Shown here: positions 19,509-30,007 of the stretch, piece after piece
Numbering within the stretch: position 1 is the first letter of the stretch
Layout: each line of letters begins with the position of its first letter
Program-made: the position numbers and the translations under genes
Assembly (NCBI GenBank): GCA_963664705.1
Contig: OY761556.1
Span: 1,728,001-1,792,000 of the forward strand
Origin: Acidobacteriota bacterium
Lineage (GTDB): Bacteria; Acidobacteriota; UBA6911
Direction of reading: 5' to 3'
Length of the DNA stretch: 64,000 nucleotides
Notes under the pieces: model-generated
Seen by the model: the letters and a program-made list of their open reading frames with translations, nothing else
Told to the model about the DNA's origin: nothing
The model's database searches: none

Positions 19509-19943
19509 ATGAAAATCTACTTTGCTGGTTCCATCAGGGGCGGGCGCGTCGATGCATCCACGTATCAGTCCATGATTCGATTCCTGTCCTTGCATGGGGA
19601 AGTACTTACAGAGCATGTTGGGGATACCTCCCTTACAGACGCCGGAGAAGATGGGCCCAACGATCGATATATATTCGACAGAGATTTGGCTTGGTTGATA
19701 CAAAGCGATGTGGTGGTTGCGGAGGTTTCGGTGCCATCGCTTGGGGTTGGCTTTGAAATCGGGTATGCGGTTGCCCTGGAAATGCCTGTGCTATGCCTCT
19801 ACCAATCCAAATCCGCCAACCGACTTTCGGCAATGATTGCAGGCTGTCCTCGCGTCGTTGTGGGGGAATATTCCTCGCTATCGGAGGCAACCGCAAAAAT
19901 GGAGGCCTTTCTCAAAGAAAGAGGGCAGGCGATATCCCGATAG
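19509..19943 (+). CDS. Nucleoside 2-deoxyribosyltransferase family, DNPH1/RCL-like deoxynucleotide N-hydrolase
   Basis: IYFAGSIRGGR, VLTEHV, IFDRDLAWL, PSLGVGFEIG, LSAMIAG. Confidence 0.85.
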   Translation: MKIYFAGSIRGGRVDASTYQSMIRFLSLHGEVLTEHVGDTSLTDAGEDGPNDRYIFDRDLAWLIQSDVVVAEVSVPSLGVGFEIGYAVALEMPVLCLYQSKSANRLSAMIAGCPRVVVGEYSSLSEATAKMEAFLKERGQAISR

Positions 19944-20004
19944 GGTACTCTTATGGATTGTGCCTGTGAGCGAGTTCTGAGTTTTATCATTGTTCGAGAT
20001 TAGG

Positions 20005-21834
20005 ATGCTCAACAAAAAGCCTCTCGAGTTGTTAGCGCCGGCGGGAAGTGCTGACATTGGTATCGCCGCTATTGATCACGGTGCGGATGCTGTCTATGTC
20101 GGGGCTCCGCGGTTCAGCGCGAGGGCGAACGCGGGTGTGGCGATGGACGAGATGGCGCGACTGATACGGCACGCACATCTCTACTATGCCAAGGTCTATG
20201 TTGCCCTCAATACGATTCTGACTGACGAGGAATTTCCTGAGGCACTTGACCAAATTAGCAGAGTGTACGAGCTAGGCGCGGACGGTCTGATTATCCAGGA
20301 TTTGGGCCTCCTTGAAATGGATCTTCCGCCCATCCCGTTGATTGCAAGCACGCAAATGCACAACGATACGCCGGGAAAAATTCAATTTCTCGAGGATGTC
20401 GGCTTCAAGAGAGCTATCCTGGCAAGGGAGCTTTCGCTGCCGGAAATTGCGGAGATCCGTCGGCACTCCAAAATAGAGTTGGAGTGTTTTGTTCATGGTG
20501 CACTGTGCGTTTCCTATAGCGGGCAGTGCTATATGAGTCACGCGATAACGGGCCGAAGCGCCAACCGTGGTGTCTGCGCGCAGCCTTGCCGGTCGCGTTA
20601 TACGCTCATGGACGGAGATGGAAAAGCAGTCATTCCCAACCGATTTCTGCTGTCATTGAAAGATCTGAATCTGCTGCATGATATTCCGGACCTGGCGGCG
20701 GCCGGGGTTACCTCGTTTAAGATTGAGGGACGATACAAGGAAATCGATTACGTTCAAAACGTGACGGCGGCCTACCGCCATGCTTTGGATGCATTCATTG
20801 CAGATCATCCGGAGTTTTGCCGCAGCAGTTCGGGGCACGGTGTTCCTGCTTTTGCGCCGGATCCGGCCAAGAGTTTTAATCGCGGTTTCAGTCGCTATTT
20901 TCTCAGAGGCGGCGAAGATAAAATTGCCTCCCTGTCCACTCCAAAATCCATAGGACAACTGCTGGGCCCCATTAAACGGCTGGATCGCGAATCTTTTCAA
21001 ATCGACGGCAGCGATCTGCAAAATGGGGATGGACTCTGTTTTTTTACCAGCGAGGGAGAACTCGCCGGCTTTCGTGTGGAGGGCATTGAGAAGGGAAGGA
21101 TTTATCCGAGCAGCATGAAGGGACTCACCAAAGGAGTCCCGCTATATCGAAACCATAATAGCGCGTTGATTCGGCAATTGCAGAAGGCCCCTGGTCCGCG
21201 TCGAATCAGTGTGGAAGCGGATTTTACCCAAACCGCTGATCTGATTCGGCTGGAGGTCCGGGATGAGGACGGAAACAACGCTGAATGGAGCTCTTCTGCG
21301 CCCTATGTGAAACCCAGGGACCCTTTGATGGCAAAGGAAATGGTGGAAAAGCATATCCGAAGCACCGGGAATACGCCTTTTCGAATAACAGAACTGCGCA
21401 TGGAGGGGCAACTCGGATTTCTGGCCGCTGCAATGCTTAATCAATGCAGGCGTCAGGCGCTCGAAAAGCTTTTGCAGATTCGGTATGAACGCTATCCTCG
21501 CGAAGCCAGGCCGCTGGTTCCAAACCGCGTTCCATATCCACTCAAAAAGCTGGATTTTCATGGCAATGTGTTGAACGGAAATGCCCGGAGCTTTTATGCG
21601 CGGCATGGGACTGAGATTCTTGAACCGGCATTTGAATCACTTCCGGAATTTGCAAAGAAGGAAGTAATGCGAACGCGGTATTGCCTGCGTCGGGAGTTGG
21701 ATGCCTGCCTGAAGGCCAAGGACGCGCGTCAGATCAGGGCTCCACTCCGGATTGTTGATGCGCATCATTCCTATTTGCTGGAATTTGATTGCACCGCCTG
21801 CAAAATGTCTGTTGTTTTTCTGGGCAGGAAATAG
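20005..21834 (+). CDS. rlhA: U32 peptidase family Fe-S protein, probable 23S rRNA 5-hydroxycytidine synthase
   Basis: ELLAPAG, ASTQM, HGALCVSYSGQC..NRGVCAQPCR, FKIEGR; long form with C-terminal Cys motif. Confidence 0.75.
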   Translation: MLNKKPLELLAPAGSADIGIAAIDHGADAVYVGAPRFSARANAGVAMDEMARLIRHAHLYYAKVYVALNTILTDEEFPEALDQISRVYELGADGLIIQDLGLLEMDLPPIPLIASTQMHNDTPGKIQFLEDVGFKRAILARELSLPEIAEIRRHSKIELECFVHGALCVSYSGQCYMSHAITGRSANRGVCAQPCRSRYTLMDGDGKAVIPNRFLLSLKDLNLLHDIPDLAAAGVTSFKIEGRYKEIDYVQNVTAAYRHALDAFIADHPEFCRSSSGHGVPAFAPDPAKSFNRGFSRYFLRGGEDKIASLSTPKSIGQLLGPIKRLDRESFQIDGSDLQNGDGLCFFTSEGELAGFRVEGIEKGRIYPSSMKGLTKGVPLYRNHNSALIRQLQKAPGPRRISVEADFTQTADLIRLEVRDEDGNNAEWSSSAPYVKPRDPLMAKEMVEKHIRSTGNTPFRITELRMEGQLGFLAAAMLNQCRRQALEKLLQIRYERYPREARPLVPNRVPYPLKKLDFHGNVLNGNARSFYARHGTEILEPAFESLPEFAKKEVMRTRYCLRRELDACLKAKDARQIRAPLRIVDAHHSYLLEFDCTACKMSVVFLGRK

Positions 21835-21911
21835 GGGCATGGTTTTCGCATTGCAGCCTACAATGCGGAATATCCGATAATGTTCATCGAACGGCTATCA
21901 CGGGATACAAG

Positions 21912-22673
21912 TTGAGCGGACTCGATTTTCTGGTTGTTGGTTTGGCCGCGGTTGCGGCCGGCGCCATCAATGCGCTTGCAGGTGGCGGTACCCTAATTAC
22001 CTTTCCGATATTGCTTGCAATTGGTGTTCCTCCGATAGCGGCCAATGTCACCAATACAGTGGCTCTCTGCCCGGGTTTCATGGGTGGAATTCTGGCGCAA
22101 CTCAAGGATCTGACGGGCCAGCGGCGCCGTTTCTGGGTTTTTCTGGGTGTCAGCGCCTTGGGCGGCATAATCGGAAGCCTTCTGCTTTTGTATACCGGAG
22201 AGCGCGCGTTTCAGGCGCTTGTTCCTTATCTGCTTCTGGTTGCTTCCTGCCTGATCGCCCTTCAGGGCGTTGTTCGAATGTGGCTTGCGCGGCGGTCCAT
22301 TCGCATAGAGTCAAAATCACGATCCGAAATGTGGGCGGTAATCCTGGTGGGGTTGGCCGCTATTTATGGTGGATATTTTGGCGTCGCCATGAGTGTCCTT
22401 GTGCTGTCGCTTCTTGGTTTTATGATCAATGACACGCTGACTCGGCTGAACGCGATCAAGCAGACCATTGCATTCGGTGCAAATGGTGCGGCCGCCATCC
22501 TCTTCCTTTTTTCGGGAAAGGTGGTCTGGCTGATTGCGCTGGTGATGGCAGGGGGAGCGCTGATCGGCGGAACGCTGGGTGGGCGCCTTGCCGCCCATAT
22601 CAAGCCGGATACCCTGCGCTGGACCGTTGTTGCAATCGGCATTGTCCTTTCGATTGTTTATTTCACTCGATGA
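21912..22673 (+). CDS. TauE/SafE (TSUP) family permease
   Basis: AGAINALAGGGTLITFP, ANVTN, YGGYFG; multiple TM helices; start uncertain (TTG 21912). Confidence 0.85.
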   Translation: MSGLDFLVVGLAAVAAGAINALAGGGTLITFPILLAIGVPPIAANVTNTVALCPGFMGGILAQLKDLTGQRRRFWVFLGVSALGGIIGSLLLLYTGERAFQALVPYLLLVASCLIALQGVVRMWLARRSIRIESKSRSEMWAVILVGLAAIYGGYFGVAMSVLVLSLLGFMINDTLTRLNAIKQTIAFGANGAAAILFLFSGKVVWLIALVMAGGALIGGTLGGRLAAHIKPDTLRWTVVAIGIVLSIVYFTR

Positions 22674-22772
22674 TTTGAATATGGATCAGATGCAGCCGGA
22701 TTCGCAAGCTTGCCGGAATTATTTGGGCGAGACGAACGCTGGGACCAATATTGTTAAACTGGAGGAGAAGAA

Positions 22773-23081
22773 ATGAAATTGCCGGGAAATCTTCAGCAGA
22801 TTATGCAACAGGCGCAAAAGATGCAGGAGGTGATGCAGCAGGAAATCGAAAATATCCGGGTGGATACGAGCGTGGGTGGGGGGGCGGTTACGATCCAGAT
22901 GGATGGGAAGAAAAATCTTGTCGACCTGAAGATCAATCCCGAAGTGGCCGGCGATGTGGAAATGATCCGCGACCTCATTTTGTCTGCTGTCCGCGAAGCA
23001 ACGGCCAAAGTCGATGAGGAAATAGGCAATAAAGTTGGAAACCAGATCGGGGGAATGGGGCTGCCGCCTGGCCTGTTCTAG
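22773..23081 (+). CDS. ybaB: YbaB/EbfC nucleoid-associated protein
   Basis: MQQAQKMQE, GGGAV..MDG, DVEMIRDLILSAV.EA, PGLF C-terminus; GGAG RBS. Confidence 0.9.
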   Translation: MKLPGNLQQIMQQAQKMQEVMQQEIENIRVDTSVGGGAVTIQMDGKKNLVDLKINPEVAGDVEMIRDLILSAVREATAKVDEEIGNKVGNQIGGMGLPPGLF

Positions 23082-23187
23082 CTGTGGGTCAAAATTTCAG
23101 ATGCTTCCTGGCAGGGAGATACTTACAACGGCGCTCTAAAACCACGTGCCTTTGCCCGCCTCAGGTCCTGTGTTTGCAGAATTTGCA

Positions 23188-23229
23188 AAATTCGCGGCGA
23201 TAAAAAAACCACAAAATCGCCGCGAATTT
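23188..23229. repeat. 14-bp perfect inverted repeat
   Basis: AAATTCGCGGCGAT-N14-ATCGCCGCGAATTT. Confidence 0.75.
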
Positions 23230-23285
23230 CCACAACGACCCTAGTATGATCAATGCACACCCCGCCGAAAGGGGAAAGGGTCCAC

Positions 23286-24347
23286 ATGGATAATGACAAG
23301 CCACAGCTGGTAATTCGCGATATTCCTTTTGGTCTCTGGTTTTTTGGTTTGGTTTTTTCCGGATTCGGCGTCCTGATGGCGTATTCGGGAGGACCGCCGC
23401 TTTTTATGTCGCTGCTTTTCCTGGGAGTCGGGCTCGCGATAGGGCTCTTCGCCAGTGTTGTAACTATTACGGCGGATAGGATCACGCGGTCACTGACCAT
23501 GGAATCGCGCTCGGCGCTCCGCAGCAAACGCATGGAAGTGCTTTGGGATGACATCATCGGCATCAACGTGGAAAGGACAGTCAGCTCGGGTCGCGGAGCC
23601 AGATATCTATATGGGCTAACATTGCTGCGCAAGGATGGGCAGGTGGTAGCTTTGCAGCAGTACAAATCCAGCGGCCGGGAAGGCAAAGAAAGCAGAGCGA
23701 TCCGGCTGCGCGAGTTTATCGGCATCCGGGACACAAACCGCGTTCCCAGCGGAATGATTCCGATGGAACTATCTCAGTTCTCTGAGGTCCATGAGACCGA
23801 CAGCATTCATTGGCAGATACAGCCTCTGACCACCTATGGCGCTACAGCTCCCACCGGTTTCCGCTGGAGCTCTACTGACTTCAAGACTACCGGCTGCTTT
23901 CTTTTTCTCGCGCAGAAAGGGGAGGGGCAGTCTTCAACCGGCTTTCTGGCATCCTTGGGCAAAATGCTGCTTCGGCAGGCTTTTTCGGCTCACGGGTTTC
24001 AGCCTGAGGAAGCTCCCAGCCTGGAAGATGCCATTACCCTCGAGCCGCTGGATCCAAGTATCGAAAGCCATTTCCTGGCGTATACCAATGAACCGGACCG
24101 CGCGCGTTCGTTACTTAACGCGACCACTACCGCGAAGTTGTCGCAGTGGGCCGGGAAATACCCTCTCAAGCAGCTTCAGTCAGGCGGGTCATATTGTCAG
24201 CTGATGGTCTTGTTTGGACCGAGCGGCGTAGCTATTGCAACCAATCACTTGCTGGAACGCAACCAGGCATACGAGCTGATTTCTTATGGCGTTGAGTTGG
24301 TGAAAAGTCAGAAGAGCGGTTTTGGGTGTTCCGCCTCGAACTTTTAG
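23286..24347 (+). CDS. Hypothetical membrane protein (two N-terminal TM helices plus soluble domains)
   Basis: Long ORF filling the gap; two hydrophobic segments; purine-rich RBS; start could be 23253 or 23286. Confidence 0.7.
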   Translation: MDNDKPQLVIRDIPFGLWFFGLVFSGFGVLMAYSGGPPLFMSLLFLGVGLAIGLFASVVTITADRITRSLTMESRSALRSKRMEVLWDDIIGINVERTVSSGRGARYLYGLTLLRKDGQVVALQQYKSSGREGKESRAIRLREFIGIRDTNRVPSGMIPMELSQFSEVHETDSIHWQIQPLTTYGATAPTGFRWSSTDFKTTGCFLFLAQKGEGQSSTGFLASLGKMLLRQAFSAHGFQPEEAPSLEDAITLEPLDPSIESHFLAYTNEPDRARSLLNATTTAKLSQWAGKYPLKQLQSGGSYCQLMVLFGPSGVAIATNHLLERNQAYELISYGVELVKSQKSGFGCSASNF

Positions 24348-24531
24348 AAATGTTTTGGCAAAAGCGATTCGATAAACTCAGCGTAGATAGGAGAGGAACC
24401 TGGAACATCCGGGAAATGCCGGAAATCCCAGCTCAATCTGCAAGTTTTCATCAATCATCAGGCGAGCGTCATCGAGCGGATAGTCCGTTGCGGACATTGT
24501 ATCTACCAGGCAGTCATTAGCAGGCGATGTT

Positions 24532-27435
24532 ATGGCGAAAAAAGATCGGGCAGCACCATCGACACCGAACTGGATTCCAAATCGTTGGATGGCTTGGAAA
24601 ATTTGTCTGGCATATGCAGCGCTGGGCGGAATCTGGATTTTTTCATCCGGCTGGTTATTGCACTTCCTGGTGAAGGATCAGGGGCAAATAGCCTTTCTGG
24701 AAAATGTAAAGGGATGGTTTTATGTCGCGGTAACTGCCGCGCTGCTATGGTATGCCCTGGATCGTTATTTCATGCAAATCCGTCGTTCTGCACGAATGCT
24801 GCAGGAGAGTGAACGGCGCTGGTATTTTGCTCTTGAAGGAGCGGGGCATGGCGTGTGGGACTGGAATGTTAAAACCAATGAGGTTTTTTATAGTCCCTTA
24901 TGGAAAGCGATGCTTGGTTTTGAACCCAATGAAATAGGCAATTCATATTCCGATTGGGAAGACCTCGTGCATCCCGAGGATTTGCCGAGAGTTTTGGCTG
25001 AATTGCAGCATTTCCTGACGGGTGGAGCACCCTTATACATAAATGAGCACCGCGTTCGATGCAAAGATGGCAGCTATAAGTGGATCCTGGATCAGGGCAA
25101 GATAATAAGTCGGGATGCGGATGGGAAGCCGTTGCGAATTCTCGGAACCCACTTTGATATGTCGGAGCTGAAGCGGGCGGATCAGTCGCTGCGGGAAAGT
25201 GAATCAAAATGGCGGTCCTATGTGGAGGATGCCCCCGTTGGTGTCGTGGTAGCCGACGCTGAGGGCAGCATTGCTGAAGCAAACAGATCTGCCGAAATGA
25301 TTCTGGGCTATGAGCAGGGAGGGCTTTTGAAAGCCCGGCTTGCGGACCTCCCCGTTTCCGGTATGGCAATGTCGGTCAGCGAATACTTTTCCGAAGTGGT
25401 TCGCAAGGGGCAGGCGGACGGGCAATTCCTTCTGAGGAAAAAGGACCGCAGCCTTGTGTGGACTTCCATGCGTGCATCCAGAATATCCCGTGATCGTTTT
25501 ATGGCGATCTTCCAGGATATCACTGCACACAAAAACGCGCAGGAAGCCCTCGAAAGGAGCGAGGCCGAGTTCCGCGCCATGTTTGAGATCGCATCCATAG
25601 GAATGGCGCAGGCAGATCCGGACACGGGGCGCTGGTTGCGCGTCAACCAGAAAATGTGCGACATGACCGGCTATTCCGACTTTGAATTGCGGCAAAAACG
25701 CATCCTTGATTTAACGCACCCGGAAGACCGGCAGAAAGACTGGGACATGTTCAGCCGTGTCGTTTCCGGCGAATTGCCTGCCTACCGTCTTGAAAAGCGT
25801 TATGTAAGAAAAGACGGTTCGATCGCATGGGTCAGCGTCAATATGACCATCCTCCGCGATGCTTCCGGAAGGGCTTTGCGGAGCATGGCCACCATTGAAG
25901 ACATTACCGAACGGAAGCAGTCGGAGTCCAAGCTCAGGGAAAGTGAGAAGCGCTTCAGAGAAACCTTGGAAAGCATGATGGAGGGGTGCCAGATCATTGG
26001 GTTTGACTGGCGATACCGATACCTCAACCCGGCAGCGGCGCGACAAGGACGAAGTTCGGTGGATGAATTGCTGGGAGCTACCGTTATCGATGCCTACCCG
26101 GGGATCGAGTCGACCGCCATGTTCCGGGCCTGGGAACGATGTCTGCTGGCGCGCGAACCGCAGCAGTTCGAGAGCGAATTCGTTTTTCCGGATGGAGCCA
26201 AGAGCTGGTTTCGGTATGCATGTCAGCCGGTCAGTGACGGAATTTTTATTCTTACTCTGGATATTACAGAGGAAAAGCGTCTCGAAGAGCGGCTGCGGCA
26301 GGCGCAAAAACTGGAGGCCATTGGCCAGCTTGCGGGAGGAGTCGCTCACGATTTCAACAATATCCTGGCTGCCATCATGATGAACCTCGGGCTGCTGCAG
26401 ATGACGCCTAATCTGGATCCCGAAACGGAATACGCGCTCAAGGATCTGGAGACCCACGCATTGCGCGCCTCTGCCTTGACGCGGCAGTTGCTGATGTTCA
26501 GCCGGCGTTCTGTCCTCGCCGTGAAGCCTTTGAACCTGAATGAGGTTATTACAAACCTGCTCAGAATGTTGAGTCGGCTTATCGGGGAACACATTGATCT
26601 GGAGTTCAAGGAAGCGCCAGGGTTGCCGCTGGTGTCTGCGGATACCGGACTCCTGGAGCAGGTAATCATGAATCTGGTTGTTAATGCCAGAGATGCAATG
26701 TCGAAAGGTGGACTCCTCACAATCCAAACCAGGGTGGCCGAATTCAGTGCCGCCGGAAACGATACATTCAGTGAGCGCAGATCAGGCCGGCATGTTTGCC
26801 TAGAGGTCTCCGATACCGGCCATGGGATGAATTCGGAAACGCTCAAACATATCTTTGAACCGTTTTTCACGACAAAAGATGCGGGAAGGGGAACGGGGCT
26901 GGGGCTTGCAACAGTTCACGGTATCGTTGCCCAGCATACAGGCTGGGTTGAGGTGGATAGCAGAGAAGGGTATGGATCCACATTCCGCGTGTTTCTGCCG
27001 ACAACGCAGCTGCCGGCATCGGAAGTGGTCGAAGACCGGAAAGAGGATGTCGTGCATCGCGGCATGGAAACAATCCTTTTGGTTGAGGATGAACCGAGCT
27101 TGCGAAGGCTGGCGTCCAGATCGCTGCGTAATCTGGGATACAATATTTTTGAGGCAGCCAATGGGAACGAGGCTCTGGCATTATGGGAACAGCATAATGC
27201 AGCCATCGATCTGATTTTTACGGATATGGTTATGCCGGAGGGGATGACTGGGCTCGAATTGACCGAGCGGCTGCGGGCGGAAAAGCCCGGAGTGAAGGCT
27301 ATTATTACCAGCGGATATAGCGTCGAAATGGCCACCGCCGGCGTTCCAACCGAAATGGGAATAGTCTATCTTTCCAAGCCGTATCAGCTCAAATCCCTGG
27401 CTGCCATGGTCCGGGATTGCCTGGATCGAAATTAG
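24532..27435 (+). CDS. Membrane hybrid histidine kinase (2 TM, 4 PAS, HisKA, HATPase, REC)
   Basis: GVWDW/VHPED PAS motifs; VAHDFNNIL; PFFTTK..GTGLGL; VEDE/TDMVMP/SKP. Confidence 0.92.
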   Translation: MAKKDRAAPSTPNWIPNRWMAWKICLAYAALGGIWIFSSGWLLHFLVKDQGQIAFLENVKGWFYVAVTAALLWYALDRYFMQIRRSARMLQESERRWYFALEGAGHGVWDWNVKTNEVFYSPLWKAMLGFEPNEIGNSYSDWEDLVHPEDLPRVLAELQHFLTGGAPLYINEHRVRCKDGSYKWILDQGKIISRDADGKPLRILGTHFDMSELKRADQSLRESESKWRSYVEDAPVGVVVADAEGSIAEANRSAEMILGYEQGGLLKARLADLPVSGMAMSVSEYFSEVVRKGQADGQFLLRKKDRSLVWTSMRASRISRDRFMAIFQDITAHKNAQEALERSEAEFRAMFEIASIGMAQADPDTGRWLRVNQKMCDMTGYSDFELRQKRILDLTHPEDRQKDWDMFSRVVSGELPAYRLEKRYVRKDGSIAWVSVNMTILRDASGRALRSMATIEDITERKQSESKLRESEKRFRETLESMMEGCQIIGFDWRYRYLNPAAARQGRSSVDELLGATVIDAYPGIESTAMFRAWERCLLAREPQQFESEFVFPDGAKSWFRYACQPVSDGIFILTLDITEEKRLEERLRQAQKLEAIGQLAGGVAHDFNNILAAIMMNLGLLQMTPNLDPETEYALKDLETHALRASALTRQLLMFSRRSVLAVKPLNLNEVITNLLRMLSRLIGEHIDLEFKEAPGLPLVSADTGLLEQVIMNLVVNARDAMSKGGLLTIQTRVAEFSAAGNDTFSERRSGRHVCLEVSDTGHGMNSETLKHIFEPFFTTKDAGRGTGLGLATVHGIVAQHTGWVEVDSREGYGSTFRVFLPTTQLPASEVVEDRKEDVVHRGMETILLVEDEPSLRRLASRSLRNLGYNIFEAANGNEALALWEQHNAAIDLIFTDMVMPEGMTGLELTERLRAEKPGVKAIITSGYSVEMATAGVPTEMGIVYLSKPYQLKSLAAMVRDCLDRN

Positions 27436-27497
27436 AAGGTTGTGACACACACTTAAGAAAGGTTGCCTTTATCCAACGGTTGCAGGCAGATTGACCT

Positions 27498-28775
27498 ATG
27501 CGCACCTTTGAAGCTTTTCGATATCGGGACTATCGACTGTTGTGGGTGGGAAATCTGTGCACGACCGTTGCCGTCTGGATTCAAACCACCACCCTAAGCT
27601 GGGTTTCCTATTCTTTAACTGGGATGGGCCGGACGATCGGCATTGTGAATGCAATGCGGATGGTTCCGACATTGTTCATGACGCCCATCGCGGGTGTCAC
27701 CGTGGATCGCTTCAGCCGGAACAAGATCATTGCGGCAAGTCAGCTGTCCATGTTTGCCTTGGCTCTTCTGATTGCCATCGATATTTATCTCGGGACACTC
27801 AAAGTCTGGCACCTGTTCCTCTTTGCATTACTGGGAGGCATCACCAATACCTTCAATTTGCCGGCCCGTCAGACTTTTGTCTTCGATATCGTTCCGCAGA
27901 AGGTGCTTCCGAATGCGATCGCTTTGGACAATATCGCGTTCAGTTCCGCTCGAACCCTGGCTTCAAGCGGGGCTGGAGCTCTGATCGTTGCATTTGGGGC
28001 TGCCAATAACTTTCTCATTCAGGCGTGCATGTACCTGGCCATCATGGCCACAGTTCTGTCCATCAAGACGAAACGCCGGGTTCAAGCCGCTCCCCGCAGG
28101 CAGTTTTTCCGGGAAATGGCGGAAGGGTACGGCTATGCAAGCCGGAATCCTAATGCCAGACTGCTTCTGCTCATGATGATCATCAACCCGATGCTGCTGA
28201 TCCCACTGCACCTGGCTCTTCTGCCGATTTATGCCACGAAGGTTCTTTCCGGTGGGGCTGCTTCGCTGGGATTGCTGCTGGGCTCCCTTGGAGTGGGTGG
28301 GTTCTTTGGAGGGTTGCTGACGGCATCGTTGAGCAAGGTTGACCGGCGTGGACTGGTACAGCTGATCTCATTGCTGATTCACAGCGTGGCTCATGCGGGA
28401 TTCTGCGTGGTTGCATACTGGACGGGCCAGATCTGGATGGCTATCCCATTTCTTATCCTTTCCGGCACCATGGAAAGCCTCCATATGACGACAAACCAGA
28501 CGGTTCTACAGCTGCTGGCCCCCGATCACCTGCGTGGACGACTGACCAGCGTGCTGCAATTGGCTCAACTCATTAACCCGGTGGGAATCCTATCGGCAGG
28601 GCTGCTGGCCGACCATTTCGGCCCGGTAAAGGTGGGAGTGATCTTCAGTGTATCCGCGTTTGTGATGACCGCCGCAATCTTTGTCTTTTCCTCGCGAATG
28701 CGCAATCTGCGACTTAGCGAACTGGGCAAGCTTGGCCAGGAGGGGCTTCCGGCCCCCGCCGCCGAAACGGCTTAA
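27498..28775 (+). CDS. MFS transporter
   Basis: About 12 hydrophobic segments; AGVTVDRFSR motif; PARQ; LRGRL. Confidence 0.88.
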   Translation: MRTFEAFRYRDYRLLWVGNLCTTVAVWIQTTTLSWVSYSLTGMGRTIGIVNAMRMVPTLFMTPIAGVTVDRFSRNKIIAASQLSMFALALLIAIDIYLGTLKVWHLFLFALLGGITNTFNLPARQTFVFDIVPQKVLPNAIALDNIAFSSARTLASSGAGALIVAFGAANNFLIQACMYLAIMATVLSIKTKRRVQAAPRRQFFREMAEGYGYASRNPNARLLLLMMIINPMLLIPLHLALLPIYATKVLSGGAASLGLLLGSLGVGGFFGGLLTASLSKVDRRGLVQLISLLIHSVAHAGFCVVAYWTGQIWMAIPFLILSGTMESLHMTTNQTVLQLLAPDHLRGRLTSVLQLAQLINPVGILSAGLLADHFGPVKVGVIFSVSAFVMTAAIFVFSSRMRNLRLSELGKLGQEGLPAPAAETA

Positions 28776-28826
28776 TGCCGCTTTTTGCCATCAGGCGCAA
28801 GCCTTCAGCAATAATCAGGCTACTCT

Positions 28827-29888
28827 TCACGGTTCCGGCGTGGAATACAGGTATACGGCAAAGGTCGCGAGCCAGTGCTCTCCTGCGTAATGCCCACTGG
28901 CAACATTGGCCAGCGCATCCTTGGCATGGCGCATCGCTGAATCAGACAGGCGTTTTCGCATGGGATCTTGTGGGGGTAGACCGGCGGCAATGAATCGCAT
29001 TGTCCAGGCACGGCTGAGATTGAGCCCATCGAGATGCACCAGCTTAGGATCGGCGCGATCTGTGACTGTGGCCGGGAGCGCGAGATTGGGCGGCATCGAG
29101 GGCAGAAAACGATGAAACCAGCCGGCAAATTCCTTCGGTTTCATGACGCGCCGCATGAGGTCTGCCTCTATAAGTGCCGGCGAGAAGAAATCCTCCCCGG
29201 AAGGTTCCCAGGCTGCCGGATAGTTGCGATCCCGGGAAAAATAATCCCTCGCTCGCTGCCTCACCATCAATTCCAGGGAGGAATCCCCGGCACTAATGGC
29301 GTAATCCAGAGCAAAAGATAGCGCGAATGCAGTGTTGGGATGAACGCCCGTGCGGATCGGGTAGGTTTGTTTGGGAAAGAAGGCGATGTACCTGGCCGCA
29401 ATCGCATTCGAGAGCGGTTTTAGATTGGAATACCAGCGGTGCCCGTCCGGATCATCCAACCCGTGAAGTTCTTCGGCAAGCTTGAGCAGCCATGCCCAGC
29501 CATAAGTGCGCTCGAAACTGGCGCGCTCTGTTCCTTCCAGGTAGGACAACTCTGCTTGGATTTTATCTGCCGATAGGTTGTCCGAAAGTACCGAGCGAAT
29601 AGCCGTTGATTCAGGCAAATCAGGAAATACCCTTAACAAATGAATCAGAAGCCAATGACCATGCACGCAGGAGTGCCAATCGTAGCATCCATAGAAGGCG
29701 GGGTGCTGTGATTTGGGCGTGCGCACATCCAACCTATCCGTTATGACATGCTCCGGTTTGTTCGGAAACTCGCGGTTCACGCAATTGAGAACCAGAGTGG
29801 CATAACGCGAGGCATCCGCTTTTGAGAGACTCAACTCCGCGGCATTGGCTGGAATTGAAAGGAGGAGCAGGATCAGGAGTCGTGTCAT
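28827..29888 (-). CDS. DUF2891-like secreted protein
   Basis: HPAFYGCYDWHSCVHGHW, FERTYGWAWLL, HLDGLNLSRAW, Y.GEHWLATFA; signal peptide. Confidence 0.8.
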   Translation of the reverse strand: MTRLLILLLLSIPANAAELSLSKADASRYATLVLNCVNREFPNKPEHVITDRLDVRTPKSQHPAFYGCYDWHSCVHGHWLLIHLLRVFPDLPESTAIRSVLSDNLSADKIQAELSYLEGTERASFERTYGWAWLLKLAEELHGLDDPDGHRWYSNLKPLSNAIAARYIAFFPKQTYPIRTGVHPNTAFALSFALDYAISAGDSSLELMVRQRARDYFSRDRNYPAAWEPSGEDFFSPALIEADLMRRVMKPKEFAGWFHRFLPSMPPNLALPATVTDRADPKLVHLDGLNLSRAWTMRFIAAGLPPQDPMRKRLSDSAMRHAKDALANVASGHYAGEHWLATFAVYLYSTPEP

Positions 29889-30007
29889 ACTCCTATATTA
29901 TCACGGTCTCCGGATTTTCACTTTTATCCCGTCATCCGCGGATTATGACAAGCGGGTTTGTCTCGTCGGTAAAAACGTAACAACAAGAGCTATTTATAAT
30001 TTGTTGC

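Noticed and set aside
21837-21852. GG-N10-GC sigma54-like motif before the TSUP gene
   Set aside because: Weak match that is expected by chance.
23123-23734. 203-aa minus-strand ORF
   Set aside because: Shadow of the plus-strand membrane protein.
25711-26727. 338-aa minus-strand ORF
   Set aside because: Antisense to a clear histidine kinase.
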